Source: Bugula neritina
Lineage: Eukaryota > Animalia > Bryozoa
Assembly (NCBI GenBank): GCA_964035545.1
Contig: OZ037767.1
Coordinates: 7,512,581 to 7,576,580 of the forward strand
Direction of reading: 5' to 3'
Length of the DNA: 64,000 nt
Part shown: piece by piece, positions 1 to 32,500 of the stretch
Layout of the letters: each line of letters begins with the position of its first letter
Position numbering within the stretch: position 1 is the first letter of the stretch
The notes under the pieces: generated by a model
Databases searched by the model: none
What the model was told of the DNA's origin: nothing
Seen by the model: the letters and a program-made list of their open reading frames with translations, nothing else
Translations under genes and position numbers: made by a program

Positions 1-2871
1 TCAAATATGTTATCTTTATAGCTCACATACGTTACAAAGTTTTACATATAGGATATACTTTAAAATACCCAAAAATTTAAAAAAAAAGTAAATAATGCTC
101 CTTTCCCTTTTGAAAATGATGTGTCCAAGATTTGATGAAAGTTGGTGTATTTTATAATCAGCATTGACAATGTAGCATAAAAAGCATATTTCATGCCTAT
201 TATTTTACACTTGCCACTGATTAACTTATTTAATGTGTTGAGCTAACAATAAGAAAAGAAGTGTTCTGTAACAGCAGATGCATGAGGAGATCCCAATTTT
301 AGAAAGTTCCAAAACTTTGCTTAAAAGTATAAAAAAACTACATGGATACTGAAACAAAATATATACTGGCTCTAAACTTGTTGAGCTAACTTATAACACA
401 CCTAAAAATCCATTATGTATGTATTACCCACCATACAAGTAATATAACTTATCTGAAAAAATATTTCAATTTGGCATTATTTGGCATCATAATTATATGA
501 TGAATACAACACAAAATAAATATAGCTATATATACAATGAATATAATATATAATCAATATAATATATGTTAGATATAACATGTTATAAAAGTTATAAACA
601 AACAAACCATTCTTTCCATATACACTGTAATTTTATAGCCTATATATATAGGCACTATTTTATGCTCTAATATTTTAGTATATTATTTGTTATTTACCTA
701 TAAGCTAAATAGGCTGATATAAGCTCTAAGGTTGATATTTTTTCAGTATTTTCCTCATTGGGCTGAGACAGCTTGATCTCTACTATTGTTGGAGGTGATG
801 GAGAAGTCAATTCTTGAACAGTGTTCACCATTTTCAATTTTTTTATTTTAATAATTTATAAGACCAGCTTAATTTTTTTCACTACTTGATTTTAGCAGTA
901 TTCAATCACATTATTTTTTTAAAACTTTCAAATGTGTTCCAATAATATTTCAAGTATTTTGATAAAATTGAATTTGGATGATTTAAAATTTTCTCAAGCA
1001 TTTCAAAAATTTAATAAACCATCACTGCATAGCTAACATGCTGAAATAAGACATTGTTTATCAAAACTTGAAACTTGATCACGGAGTTTCATGCTGCAAT
1101 TTTTGCTAAAGGCGATCTCAGTTTCACCTAAACTATGATTACTATATAAATTACATCTACCCAGTTGCTTGTTTTAAACTGTAGTTAAAGTTTTATTGTA
1201 GCACAAGTTATATGAACATTATCAGTTTAAATAACATTTGGAAATTTTAAATCAAATATTAACAAAAATTCAAAACTCACTTTTTTAATTTAGTTAGTAT
1301 TGGCTGTGAATCAGCTAAAATTAGAGCAATATCTGAATTTATAGGTGCATGAGAGATAATTTTATGTTGACCAAAGTGATACCTGTCCAATTATATTTTT
1401 AATTTGCTTTTGATTAACAAAATTCAGCTTTAGTTTTGTAAATAGAAACTTTTGTAAATTTTCGGTGTTTGGCTATATAAGTTCTCATTCTATAAAGCTC
1501 ATTGAGTTTTGAATCAGCTCTGCAAAATTAATCTTTATTTCTATATCAAGTCCAGTTTTAATTGTACTTAGATTTATGTTTTATCTATTGATCTCTTTGT
1601 AGTTTATGTACTACCTGTGTAATCATGATAGTAAGTGTATAACATAGTCAATTGTACCAGAAGCTGTAAAGCTTAGCAATAGCATATAGCTTTATTGTAG
1701 CCATAAAGTATTACAGCTATGAGCAGTCTAGATTGTGGATAAGCCAAATGTGTGCGCCCACTTATACTTTTACATTCTAGCTGGTGAGTAGCAACTTATA
1801 GCTAAGCAATACCTAAATTTTATGGTACCTAAAATAATAACTTGGAACTGTTACTTTTTATATTTTTTTGAGTGAATAAGACCAAAAAATTGTCATCATG
1901 AATAAAATCATGATGAATAAAACATATCAATCAGAAAACTAAGCATGGCTGTATTTATTGCATGTCAAAAATGTTTGGCATTCATTATTATTTTGTGAAA
2001 AATTATTAAAAATAGAAAACATTATTTCAGTTGTGATATTACAACACAGCGTATGTTTTGTTTAAAGCCGTTAGTAAGTTGAGTTGCACTGCCTCCTCCT
2101 TGGAATGAATACCTTAAAGTGTCCTGAGGTGGTCAGAGTGAGGACACTGAAGCCTAGCAGACTGACAACCAGACAGTTAACTTACAGATATGTCCAACTC
2201 AGGTACAACTGGCTCCAATCAGTTTAGCTTGTTCTGGAAAATAAGTAATGACTAATCAAATTTTGGTAAATTGTTTAGCATGAGACACTCTGCTAGTCTG
2301 TTAGTTCTAAACCTATAGCAAACACACAACTCTGACAGTAGGTTATATTTCGTGACTATCAACAGATTTGATTTGCCTCAAGAGTTTTAAAAAAACAGCT
2401 CTTTATTTGAGATGATGTAATCTAAACTTAGTTAGTAATAAAATAAATTATTAAGGTGAATTGCATAACAATTAGATCTATCAGTAATAAATAGCTTAGC
2501 TAGTTGTGATATTATAACTATAATAGAATGTAAACTATAATGCGCTTTAGTATAGAATATACATACCTGTGTTATACATTCTATGTATTTTACTACACAC
2601 GTGCAGTATATAATATACATAATATACATAATATTAAACACATGTATAATGAAGATATATATTATGCTATACATATATACAGTACGTTATATTGAAGTAT
2701 TACATTAATTGAAACATATCATACATGGACTACATAGTTATTACAACCTAATTTCTAAGCAGTTATATTATTATTACATAGCTTTTGGGTTGAAAATAAC
2801 AGAAAATTGAAACAACCCACTTATAACTTCAATTGCTAATATTTAAATTTTGCTCATCATTTTATGTTCAG

Positions 2872-5560
<2,689 letters not shown>

Positions 5561-6815
5561 GAAGAAGAACTTCAATAGATGTCTTATGATATAATGTATA
5601 ACCTGTTAATACTATGATATACATACTAATGGTTTCATGCTTAGCCTAAATGTGCTTGATTTTAATTTTAGTTCATGTAAAAGTTAAGCACACCTATATA
5701 TTATAAAAATGAATCAGTTCTCTTCATGTTACTTCTTTTGATGTTGAAATAAAACACTATAAACTGCAATTTAAAAACAATATTTTACTATTTTGAAGTG
5801 TAGTTGCGGCTGCATATACGCCTGTGAGTGGTTTTGTGATAATTATACAAGAGTTTGTTTATAAGAATCAACTGTTTTTTTTATCATAAATGTATACATT
5901 GTTTGTGCATTTGTATGTAATTGTATAATTGCATGCATCTTGAAACCTGGTCATAAAAAGATAGAGTAAAACAATATTATGAAAAGTATATTATAGCTGA
6001 ATGACAGAAGGTATAATTTGATAAGACTGAAATTTTTTGCTTCAATTGTAGGGTCAAATAAATACTAATCAGCAAATTCAGGAGTTACTATTCCTAATGC
6101 CTGATGAAAAAATTTTTTAGAGTTGCATTTGAAAAAGAAATCAATTTACATTAAACTTGATAACAGGGCTTGCAAATTAATTACAAAAAAGCTTGCTACT
6201 AAATGAAAATGATCATCTCTTATACTCTGATTATTTTCACTAGACATATTTCAACCACACTACAATATTATATACTGTACAAACTAAGCTGTAGTTAAAA
6301 TAACCATCCATATACACAAACAGGTGATGAATTGCTAAGAATTACAAATCATTCACAGAAAGGTTTGAATCTTTTTTTTCTTCAATGCATACTAGAATTT
6401 ATTTTTGAAGAGACAAATGCACAACCAAGTTAATGCAATATTTTAAAGTATAATTTAAATGGCAATAGAAACATCAGCCCATTTGATTGCATAAAACATA
6501 ATCTACAAGAGAACTGAAAGACTCTTAAATCATCCAGTAAAAAGCACTAGTGAGGGGTTAAACATCAAATTATCAATCCCTTATGTCATCAGATCTCAAG
6601 AAGATTATACACAATTACATAATGCCTTAGCATGTTTACTTTTTAGATTTGCACTTAGCAGGATCCCTGTATATATAATGCCCAAGCAATTCCTACTTTC
6701 ATTTATCAAAGCAATTGAATTACATAAATAAGTAATACAGAGAAGTTTAGATCATAGTTAGGATATTATTCATTACGTTTTTGGCAAAAGAACCTAGCTT
6801 GTACAGAAGTACACA

Positions 6816-22087
<15,272 letters not shown>

Positions 22088-22928
22088 TGAGTCAGAGATA
22101 AGCTTTTGTCAGGTCCAGCCATAAATTTTTTGACTCGTACTAGAATAAACTATTTAAATAAACTAGTTTAATCACTCTCCAATTATTAACCATAACCAGT
22201 TATTGGTATTCCATATATCTTCATTTGATATTTTAACTGCTTTTTTACTGTTCACACCTATATATCTGTAACTTTACTTCATCTTTTCTTTTTTTTGTAA
22301 ACTCTGCAAAATATTGTTCTGATCATTGCACATTTTTTTTGTAATTGTCGTATGAACTATAATAATGTATGAATTAAAATCCTATTTGGTTATACAATAA
22401 AAATCCCTTGCAGCAGACTAACGTTTTAAATCTTCTATATAAATCAGCTTTCAAGGTTTAGATTTTCTGATGTTGAGATTTCCCAGTTTAATTCCCGGTG
22501 GTTCAGTTTAAGATGAACTTTAAGTTTAATAAAACCACTTCAGTAAAATCCTGTGCCAACAAATATTAAAATAAAAGACAACTCTAAAACAAGATGGCTG
22601 TAGTATAATATTGCTCATTTTAAACAAACTTTATTAAATAATTTTTCAACTTTATTATCCTTCAAACAGTTTTGACTTTCTGATATGCTTGAAAGGAAAG
22701 AAATAAAAAAAGATTTTAATCAATTTAAAGAAACCTTTTCCTCTCTAACTTTTTAGTGATCATGTACAATTTTCTTTTCTGCCATCAAATTATATATCCA
22801 TAAAAAACACAATAGGCTACTAAATGTAAAACAAGTAAGTTTAAAGAGCCTTTTATTTCAGTGATTAATTGAAATTCAAAGCTATAGCAAATTTACAAAC
22901 GATCTTATTTAATATTACAGATTGAGAG

Positions 22929-23204
22929 ATGATTAGTGGTGTCATAATATTGTTTAACTGATTAGATTTTGTTGGGGTTTAGTTTGCACATATAACATAT
23001 ATAGTGTAAATTAGCAATCTGAAATTGCTAAAGTAAAAAGACTATAGCTTAATGTTGTTTTTATTATGATTAGTGGTATCATAATATTGTTTAACTGATT
23101 AGATTTTGTTGGGGTTTAGTTTGCACATATAACATATATAGTGTAAATTAGCAATCTGAAATTGCTAAAGTAAAAAGACTATAGCTTAATGCTGTTTTTA
23201 TTAT
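22929..23204. repeat. 137-bp tandem duplication (2 near-identical copies)
   Basis: ATGATTAGTGGT...GTTTTTATT at 22929 and 23066; ACTATAGCTTAAT at 23041 and 23178. Confidence 0.93.
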
Positions 23205-23539
23205 TACATGTTGGGTGGTATTGAAATTTGCTATAGGAGCTTTTGCTTAAACAAGTTAATTCAAAGCAATTTTAATTATTGGCTAAAATTCATCACAATA
23301 ATATAACAGTAATTTCTTATTGTTGGCAACCTTCCAAGTTTTTTTAAAAATTATTTTCAAAAAATACATTGTTGGATTCCTATGCAAATTACTTAGTTAC
23401 ACCTTTTGTTTGTTGGTTGCTAACATCTATTCACTCATTTCAGCTATTTAGTGTAGACTACTGCAGTTTTGCTAAATATTCTTCGAAATTCTCTATTGAT
23501 TCATTCAACTCTCTCGTGTTTACTCGCACCAAACACAAC

Positions 23540-26500
23540 ATGTCTAACTCTAACCAAGAGTAAGTATAGACTACTGTCTAACTCTGCTAAAGCAATTACT
23601 ATCTATTTATAGTTGATAAAATGGTCAATTAAAAGTAGCAAATGTTTAATACTACTAATAATTTACTATTTTACAATTTACTGCAAGTCTTTTTCCATCT
23701 GTTATTTAGCACATCTTTTGCTATTTGTAGTTGCAATTTGGATGCCCCTAAGCACAAGACTCCGGTGTGCTTTGAGATTTCCATGTAAGTCTAAAACCAA
23801 TTTTTTTTAATTCAATAAATCATGAATTATGTTGATGTTTGGATCTTCTTGCATTTAATATTCCTATGAATTAGGTCTCTCCTCTTTATAATATAGTTAC
23901 TGATATGAACATTTGTTTTATTTTAGCACTCCAAGAGGCCAGAAGGGAAACCCAAAGCCATTTGTTATGAATGCTTGGACTAAGCAGAGGGCGCCTGAGG
24001 TTGCAGAAAGCAGGTTCGATTTACCAAGTATTTTACTTTATCTGTTTGATGAATGCTAAAATATAGAGTGCTTGGCAGTAGAACCTGATCTAAATTAGTA
24101 AAACTTGTCTCTTGAGCTTAGAATTGTGTTGGAAATTACACAAGTCAAAGTGATTTTACATATATTTGCAGAAATTAGTATCATGCCAGCATATGATATG
24201 ATTTAAAATTTATTTAGACTGTTGACCATTAACATTTGAAGTAATTGCAACCAGTTGTTAACATCATAGAAGGTTATGTGCTCTGCTCGCTGTAACTAGT
24301 TAATTAAAGTATTTAATCTACTCTATATGTACATCTCATGAGTAGCAAACTTGTTCTGTCTATGAATAACTAAGAAAAACTCTGTACTAGCATTGGTCAC
24401 TTGCTTGTTCTCTCTTGCAATCAGTATTCTATTTACCTTGTTTGCATATTTACTGCGGTGATGTCATCAAGGCAATACCCAGTTGGCTTCTGGGTATTAT
24501 TGTCACAAAATATTATATGGTTTGCGATTGACAATAAGAATTTGTTATGAATAATTCTAACGTGCTAATATTATGTTAGCAAATCTCAGCAGGCATGCGG
24601 TGTAGTTTCTCGGCAATGGCATTGCGACTTTTTAGATTTTTAACTTTAATTTTTAAGGCTCAGGTCTGTTTACAACTTGAGCTGAAATTTATAACCAGAA
24701 AAATCTGAACATATTACAAATGGTTTATTACATAGTATAGGAAACGCGCAAAATAGTATGTATATGTGGGCTTAGGTAATTTGAAATGTTATTCTAAACA
24801 TTATGTATTTTATAATCTATGTGAAACTACAATAAACTCTTGTAACCTGTTGTCAATTTTAATTGTGAAATAGAGAAGTGGGGGAATCATTTTACTAAAG
24901 CAGCATAAACAATCAATTTTTTTCTTAACTGCGAAGCTTACATTTTTGGTTGTTCACAGCAACAACAATTGTAACAGCTTATCTCCTTTTATGGCAATTA
25001 TTAATCTATATCATTGTTGCCTGCATTTGCAATAAGCCTATAGGGCCTATTGTAAAATGCCCAATAGCTTTTTAATATTTGAGCTTTTACAACCAAGTTT
25101 CACTTTAATAAATGACTCTGCCAGCTAAGGCTACATTTATTGTTGGCCTAAGACTTTCTATATGGAAGTCATGAGCATTTAGACTCTTACAATTAAGTTT
25201 CTTCTCTTTGTATCTGTTTTAAACAGGATCTAGCGCATGCTAGATATAGTTACGTTGATACTATATTTGCTACTGCTGTTTTTATCTTTCTCTTTTCTTT
25301 TTACTACATATTTCTCTTTTCTTTTCCTTTCCCGTTCTACCTTACTCTCTTGCACTTCCATCTATTGTCTCCTCTCTATCTCCCCCTCTCTACTATCTCC
25401 TTTTCCCTAATTCTCTATTTTTCTTCTCTCTCCTATTACTCTTCCCCTCTATCCTCCATCTCTCTCTCCTTCTCTCCAAACCACAAACCTTATACCCCAA
25501 GCCATCTACCCTCTCTCTCCTTTTCTTTCAATCACACCTACGATTTCCCTTGATCTCTCTCACTTGTTTACCCTCTCTCTACCTCTCTCTCCTAGTCACT
25601 TTATCACACTCGTTAACTCACTCATCCACTCCCCCACTCACCCACACACCAACTCACACACTCAAACACACCCCCTCACACACTCACCTACTCACTCACC
25701 CACTTACCTACTCACTCACTCACCCACGCACAAACCCGCCCACTCACCCACTCACCAGCTCACCAGCTCACCTACTCACTCCCTCAGCCACTCAGCCACT
25801 CACCCAATCACTAACTCACCCACTCAACCACTCACTCACCCACTCACATACTCACCCACTCAACCACTCACTCACCCACTTACATACTCGCACACTCACC
25901 CACTCACCTACTCACTCACTCACCCACTCACCTACTCACTCACTCACCCACTCACCCACTCCCCCACTCACCCACACACCAACTCACACACTCAAACACA
26001 CCCCCTCACACACTCACACACTCACCTACTCGCCTACTCACCCACTCAACTACTCTCCCACTCACCCACTCTCCACTCACCCACTCCCCCACTCACCCAC
26101 ACACCAACTCGCACACTCACCCACTCACCAGCTCACCAGCTCACCCACTCATCCACTCCCCCACTCGCCCAATCACCAACTCACCCACTCACCAGCTCAC
26201 TAGCTCACCTACTCACTCCCTCACCCACTCAACCACTCACTCACCCACTCACATACTCGCACACTTACCCACACCCACTCAGCCACTCACCCACTCCCCA
26301 CTCACCAACCCACCCCCACTCACCCACTTATGCACACACCAACTCACACACTCAAACCCTCACCCCCTTACACACTCACCTACTCGCCTACTCACCCACT
26401 CAACTACTCTCCCACTCACCTACTCACCCACTCCCCCACTCACCCACACACTAACTCACACACTCACCCACTCACCAACTCACCCACTCACCAGCTCACT

Positions 26501-29500
26501 AGCTCACCTACTCACTCCCTCAGCCACTCAGCCACTCACTCACTCCCCACTCACCAGCCCACCCCCACTCACCCACCCATCCACTTACTCACTCCCCGAC
26601 ACCCACTCAACTACTTCCCCAATCACCCACTCAACCACTCACTCACCCACTCACATAACCGCACACTCACCCACTCCCCACTCACCAGCCCACCCCCACT
26701 CACCCACTTATCCACACACCAACTCACACACTCAAACACTCACCCCCCTCACACACTCACCTACTCGCCTACTCACCCACTCAACTACTCTCCCACTCAC
26801 CTACTCTCCCACTCCCCCACTCACCCACTCACCAACTCACCCACTCACCAGCTCACTAGCTCACCTACTCACTCCCTCAGCCACTCAGCCACTCACCCAC
26901 TCCCCACTCCCCACTCACCAGCTCACCCCCACTCACCCACCCATCCACTTACTCACTCCCCGACATTCACTCAACTACTTCCCCAATCACCCACTCAACC
27001 ACTCACTCACCCACTCACATAACCACACACTCACCTACACCCACTCAGCTACTCACCCACTCCCCACTCACCAGCCCACCCCCACTCACCCACTCATCCA
27101 CTTACTCACTCCCCGACACCCACTCACCTACTTCCCCAATCACCCACTCACCCACTCATCTACTTACTCACCCACTTACCTACTCACTCACTCACCCACG
27201 CACAAACCCGCCCAATCACCCACTCACCAGCTCACCAGCTCACCTACTTACTCCCTCAGCCACTCAGCCACTCACCCAATCACCAACTCACCCACTCAAC
27301 CACTCACTCACCCACTCACATACTCGCACACTCACCCACACCCACTCAGCCACTCACCCACTCAGCCACTCACCCACTCCCCACTCACCTGCTCATCCAC
27401 CTACTCACTCACACACTTACCTACTCACTCACTCACCAACGCACAAACCCTCCCACTCACCCACTCACTAGCTCACCAGCTTCACTTACTCACTCCCTCA
27501 GCCACTCACCCTCTCACCCAATTACCAACTCACCCACTCAACCACTCACTCACTCACCCATTCACATACTCGCACACTCACCCACACCCACTCAGCCACT
27601 CCCCACTCACCCACTCATCCACTTACTCACTCCCCGACATCCACTCAATTACTTCCCCAATCACCCACTCAACCACTCACTCACCCACTCACATAACCAC
27701 ACACTCACCTACACCCACTCAGCTACTCACCCACTCCCCACTCACCAGCCCACCCCCACTCACCCACTCATCCACTTACTCACTCCCCGACACCAACTCA
27801 CCTACTTCCCCAATCACCCGCTCACCTACTCACTCACTCAACCACTCACCCACTCCCCCAATCACCGACTCATCTACTCACCCAATCACCCACTCACCCA
27901 CTCGCACGCACTCGCACCCACTCACCTACCCACTCACACCCACTCACCCACTCACCCACTCACCCACTCACACCCACTCACCCACTCACACCCACTCACC
28001 CAATCACCCACTCACCACTCACCCACCAACTCACTCAAACTCACTCACATTCACTCACACTCACTCACACTTACTCACACTCACTCACACTCACTCTCTT
28101 TCACTCTCTCATCCCTCTCTTTGGCTCTTTTTTCCCACTCTCTCTCTTACTTCTTCTCCCCTCTCTGTCTTCTCCACTTTTTTTATCCCTTTTATCTCTC
28201 TCTTTGTCTCTCTTTTTCTCTCCTAACCCCCCATTCTCCTTTGCTTTATCTCGCTATCTTTTTTCTTTATCTCTCTGCATATTCTTTAAAGACTAAATTA
28301 AATGTCTGTTCATCTACAGTAGCGCCTTTGAATTGCATTATTTTGACTTACTGGACTGCTAGCTGCAAACAAAAATAAAAATCAAAATTTAATATTGAAA
28401 ATTAGATTCAAGTAATCAGAAACCGACAGCCCCAAGCTGTTACCAGGACCTCCAAACCACAGTTGAACAATGCAACACAAATCCTTTGTCACAGGAACAC
28501 AAGGAAACATCCTTCACCTTTGCTGTGCATGCAGAACTCTAACCGCTATTGACATGAGCATATTTATAGCTCACATCTACCATAGCTTTTTACAAAACCA
28601 CTTGGAAAACACCATGACCTCTGGCTAGTCAACATAACTAGTCAAGTAAGCAGGTCACTGCTGCACGCGTTGCGACTGTCCATGATGGACCATTGGCACA
28701 TCCTAATTTTCACTCTCCTCTGGATTGACTCTAGCCCAATTTGCAAGACTTGCCAGACACCTACATCACTTATCGGCAGGACTGCATTGGCAACGGATTG
28801 AGTTTGGTTTTTTCAAATCGCATGCGGACCCGCATTGGTCGCCTCGCCATGCTCCTTACTTGACACCAGCGGCAGATTACCTGGAGGTTCAGCATAAGGT
28901 CCATGCTGATCATCAGCACCAACAATAAGGCCACCTTAATGGCGCTTTTCACCTTGCTGAGCCAGCTCTCTGCCATGATGATGTTTTCTCAGGTCTCCGA
29001 CATGCCGTGGTACCCCATTCCCACACGCCTTGCACCTTGCTACAACTCTGTTGATCTCCTGAAGAGCTCACTGCTTGGTGCAAAAAAGTGTTGGAGGATT
29101 CAGCCAAACTTCATCGCCAATAGCAAAGTCACCACACCACAGACGCCAACCTCTGGCATACTAATATCAAAAGGTATCTGCTAAGAGTATCGAAGGAGTA
29201 TGTTAGAAGGCGCTGAACCTTTCTCCGCATTCTTCCTAGGTGTCATATCTTACTAGAATGTGGTCTCTTCAAAGATGATCGCATTCTCTCCGCAATCCTT
29301 TTAATTTTCCAGTGGTTTCTCTCTACGATTCCATGGCCGCTTGGGGCGTAAGCAGCTTGAAATCGAAAAGATGTTCCTTACTCGTTAGAAAGTTCCTTCA
29401 CAAATGCTAATCTGAATGTCATGGAGTTGTCTAAGAGCAGTTCCTTACATGTCTCTGTTCAATCACAACACTGCGCAATTTAGCTACAATGTTCTTTGCA

Positions 29501-32500
29501 GATTTAGTTTGCAGGCATTACCAGATGGCAAATGGCAATGAATCACAATAGACCACTGTTGTAAATCACATTTATCAGAACTCTCTGCCAATTCCCTTCT
29601 ACCGACAAGCTTCCTGTCGGGACAGGGATTTTTGATCTTAAGGCAGGGTCGACTGGCTGACATGCCTCTCCCCAGTAAACTTGCGCTTTACATGCTTTCT
29701 AGATAGATCACTACAAATTTGTTGAGCAAGATAGAGGTTTTGACCAACGCCTAAGTTATTAAGCAGATGTACCGACTAATTGACACCTTCTACACTCTTC
29801 CCTGTTGAAAGTGTTTTGGTCGCCTGCATGACTGTACTGCAATGTCCACTGTCACTGTTTATTCACCTTGGTCATATAATCAGCTTTGTTTTCTGCCGTT
29901 GGCACAGAGCACACTGATATTTAAAAGCCAAACTTAGTGATTGCATCTTGGATAACCTCCAACAATGCTTCTTACACTATTGCGAGCGTCAACAGTGTCA
30001 TCCATCCAGTTGATGACCGTGAGCAATTAACGACTAGCATGAAAGTTTTTAAACTCTCAAGTGACCGCCAAGTTGATTCTCTCACAACAGCCTCCAACTT
30101 AGCAACATTGATGTGGGAATGGTCGGACTCTTTTCTCCATTATGCAAACAGCATTCTAACTTGCTAAGCCGCTAACAGTATCGACATATTTATAGCCTCT
30201 ATGAACATAAGAGACTGGCATTATTAGCTGCCTGCAGGCGCTGTCTTACTTTATTGCAGCCTTAATTATTTTGATAATTTCTTATTTTTAAAGATCAAAA
30301 TGCATCCTCTTCAGTAACACCAATTTTGGCTGCATTCTCCAAATCATTTGAGTAAACCAAAGATGAGTTGGTTTGTTAAACCCTTAAAAACTTTCATTCA
30401 AGTATAGGAAAGTAAGGCCACTTTGTGGCAATTTCCATATCAATATTGCATATATTTGGCTAGATATTATAGTTCTACCACCACATATTAAAGCAACAGA
30501 CAGAATCAACTGTTTCATAAAAGTTGTAAGGCATTTTAAACTTTTTTTTATTAGGCAGTCCATGTATAATCGTTTTAATTTGTGTCTATACAATCATGTA
30601 CTTTTTAGATATACAACTCTGTAGTTAGATACTGAATGTAACTTAACAGGCGGTATCAAGATTAACACAGTTTTGTAGTGAGAGTTTTGCGCAAAAAATT
30701 TGTGATGTTGCTAAGATTAAAGCTGGTTGTCATGAACTACCATTTTTGTGAGATTCTAGCTAGTGGCGAGTTTATCTGAAACATTTAATTTGTAAGTGAA
30801 AATATGAGAAAAGCTTTCATTACATGCCAAGTGACCTTCTGAATTAGTGCAGTCAGATTTAGTCTGTTAGTAGTTGATGGTAAAAGAGCAGAACGATAAG
30901 TGACAAGAATATTACTGCAAGCAATAAATGAAGCTAAGCACCAAGTCTGGTTAGCTGTTTTAGTGAATGGCAGATGTACTGCTAACCACAGAAATGCTCT
31001 ATGTATTTCAATTAAGAAAGTGTTTGAACTTGAGCCTTTAGCTAAACCCTTAGATCGGGTCTTTTTAGACTCTAAATATTTGTTTATATGTTGTTCTACA
31101 GCAAGAATGGTTGCCATGCCCTCCTACCCGCTGTCATACCACCATCTCAGCATCACGCAGCGTAAGTGATCTAGAATATTCTACTGTATGATGCTTTATT
31201 ATAAATTATTATTAGTCACACATTTGCTTGTCTTGCGATATTTGGTCAGAATTGACAAAAAGATGCCCATTATGAAAGAACTGCAGAAAACTAATAGATC
31301 GGTTCAACTTCAAAAAACTTGGTTGTAAATTCAACAATTCAGATTTATCACCTAATAGCTGTTCAGCTAGCAATTAAAACGATATATATAAAACATGTAC
31401 TCAGTGATTTCACTAACTGATTTGCTGACTCCCATATTGTAGTGCTTTCAGCAAGAAAACTGAAGTAAAACCTGTAATCATGAAGTCGCCAGGAAAAATC
31501 AGGAGAGCTCAATTGGCTACTGAAGTCAATAAACATTTAGAGCCTATGTAAGTATAATGTTGTAGCTACTAACTTGTTGTTTCACTGACAGCAGTAGATC
31601 AAAAATATATTTTTCTAAACAATTAGCCATTTGACTCTTGGTCTGCATGAAGCACAAAAATTGGCTTCAATGAAAAATGTACAGACTTGAAATTGATTTA
31701 GATGATACATGTTTGATTCATTTCAAAATTTTCAAATTTATTAAGTAAAGTTCTTTCTAGTTTGTCTAAATTTTCCAAGCATATAGTTATAATAGTTATA
31801 GTAATAGTAGTAATCAAATAATTGCCGCAGCCAATAGTTTTTTGGAGTATACAAAATATCTCGTCGGCAAAAGTAAAAATGTCTTAAATGAAATAGTTTG
31901 CTAACCATCTATCTTTTTAGCTGTGTTTATTATTGATAACTATTTTTAGTAATTATTATTTGCCTAAAATTTATATAATGTGGTTCTAGTATTTTCATTT
32001 AATTGATTGCCTAATTAAATAGACTTGTGAATTTATTTATTTTATAATTTCACAGTATTTATATATAATTCTGCAGAGCAAAGAACAAGATTGAACCAGC
32101 AGCTAAGGTATCTAAGGCTAAGGAAGAAGACAACTTGCCAACAATTCGGGCTCCAGAACGCATCAAGTCAGCACGTTCAGTACGCAAGGTTTTGGAACCG
32201 ACTAGACCCTCAAGTCCGGTACCTAATCTTCCAAAACATGTCAAATCACCACGTGTAGCACCTAAAGTTGCGGAACAAGCTAAGTTTCCCGAGGTTCCAA
32301 AATTGATGTTGTCAGCTCTGACACCCAAGGCACCAAAGCAAGACAAGGCAACTAAAGCTCCAAGGCTAGAGAGGTCACCCAAGCCTCTGAAGCTAGAGAG
32401 GTCACCCAGAGATCTCAAGCTAGAGAGGTCACCCAGAGATCTCAAGCTAGAGAAGTCACCCAAGCCTCTGAAGCTAGAGAAGTCACCCAAGGATGTGAAG

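Noticed and set aside
25550-27022. His/Thr/Pro-rich ORFs (THSPTH)
   Set aside because: Open in several frames only because the satellite lacks stop codons; no phase-consistent splice evidence.
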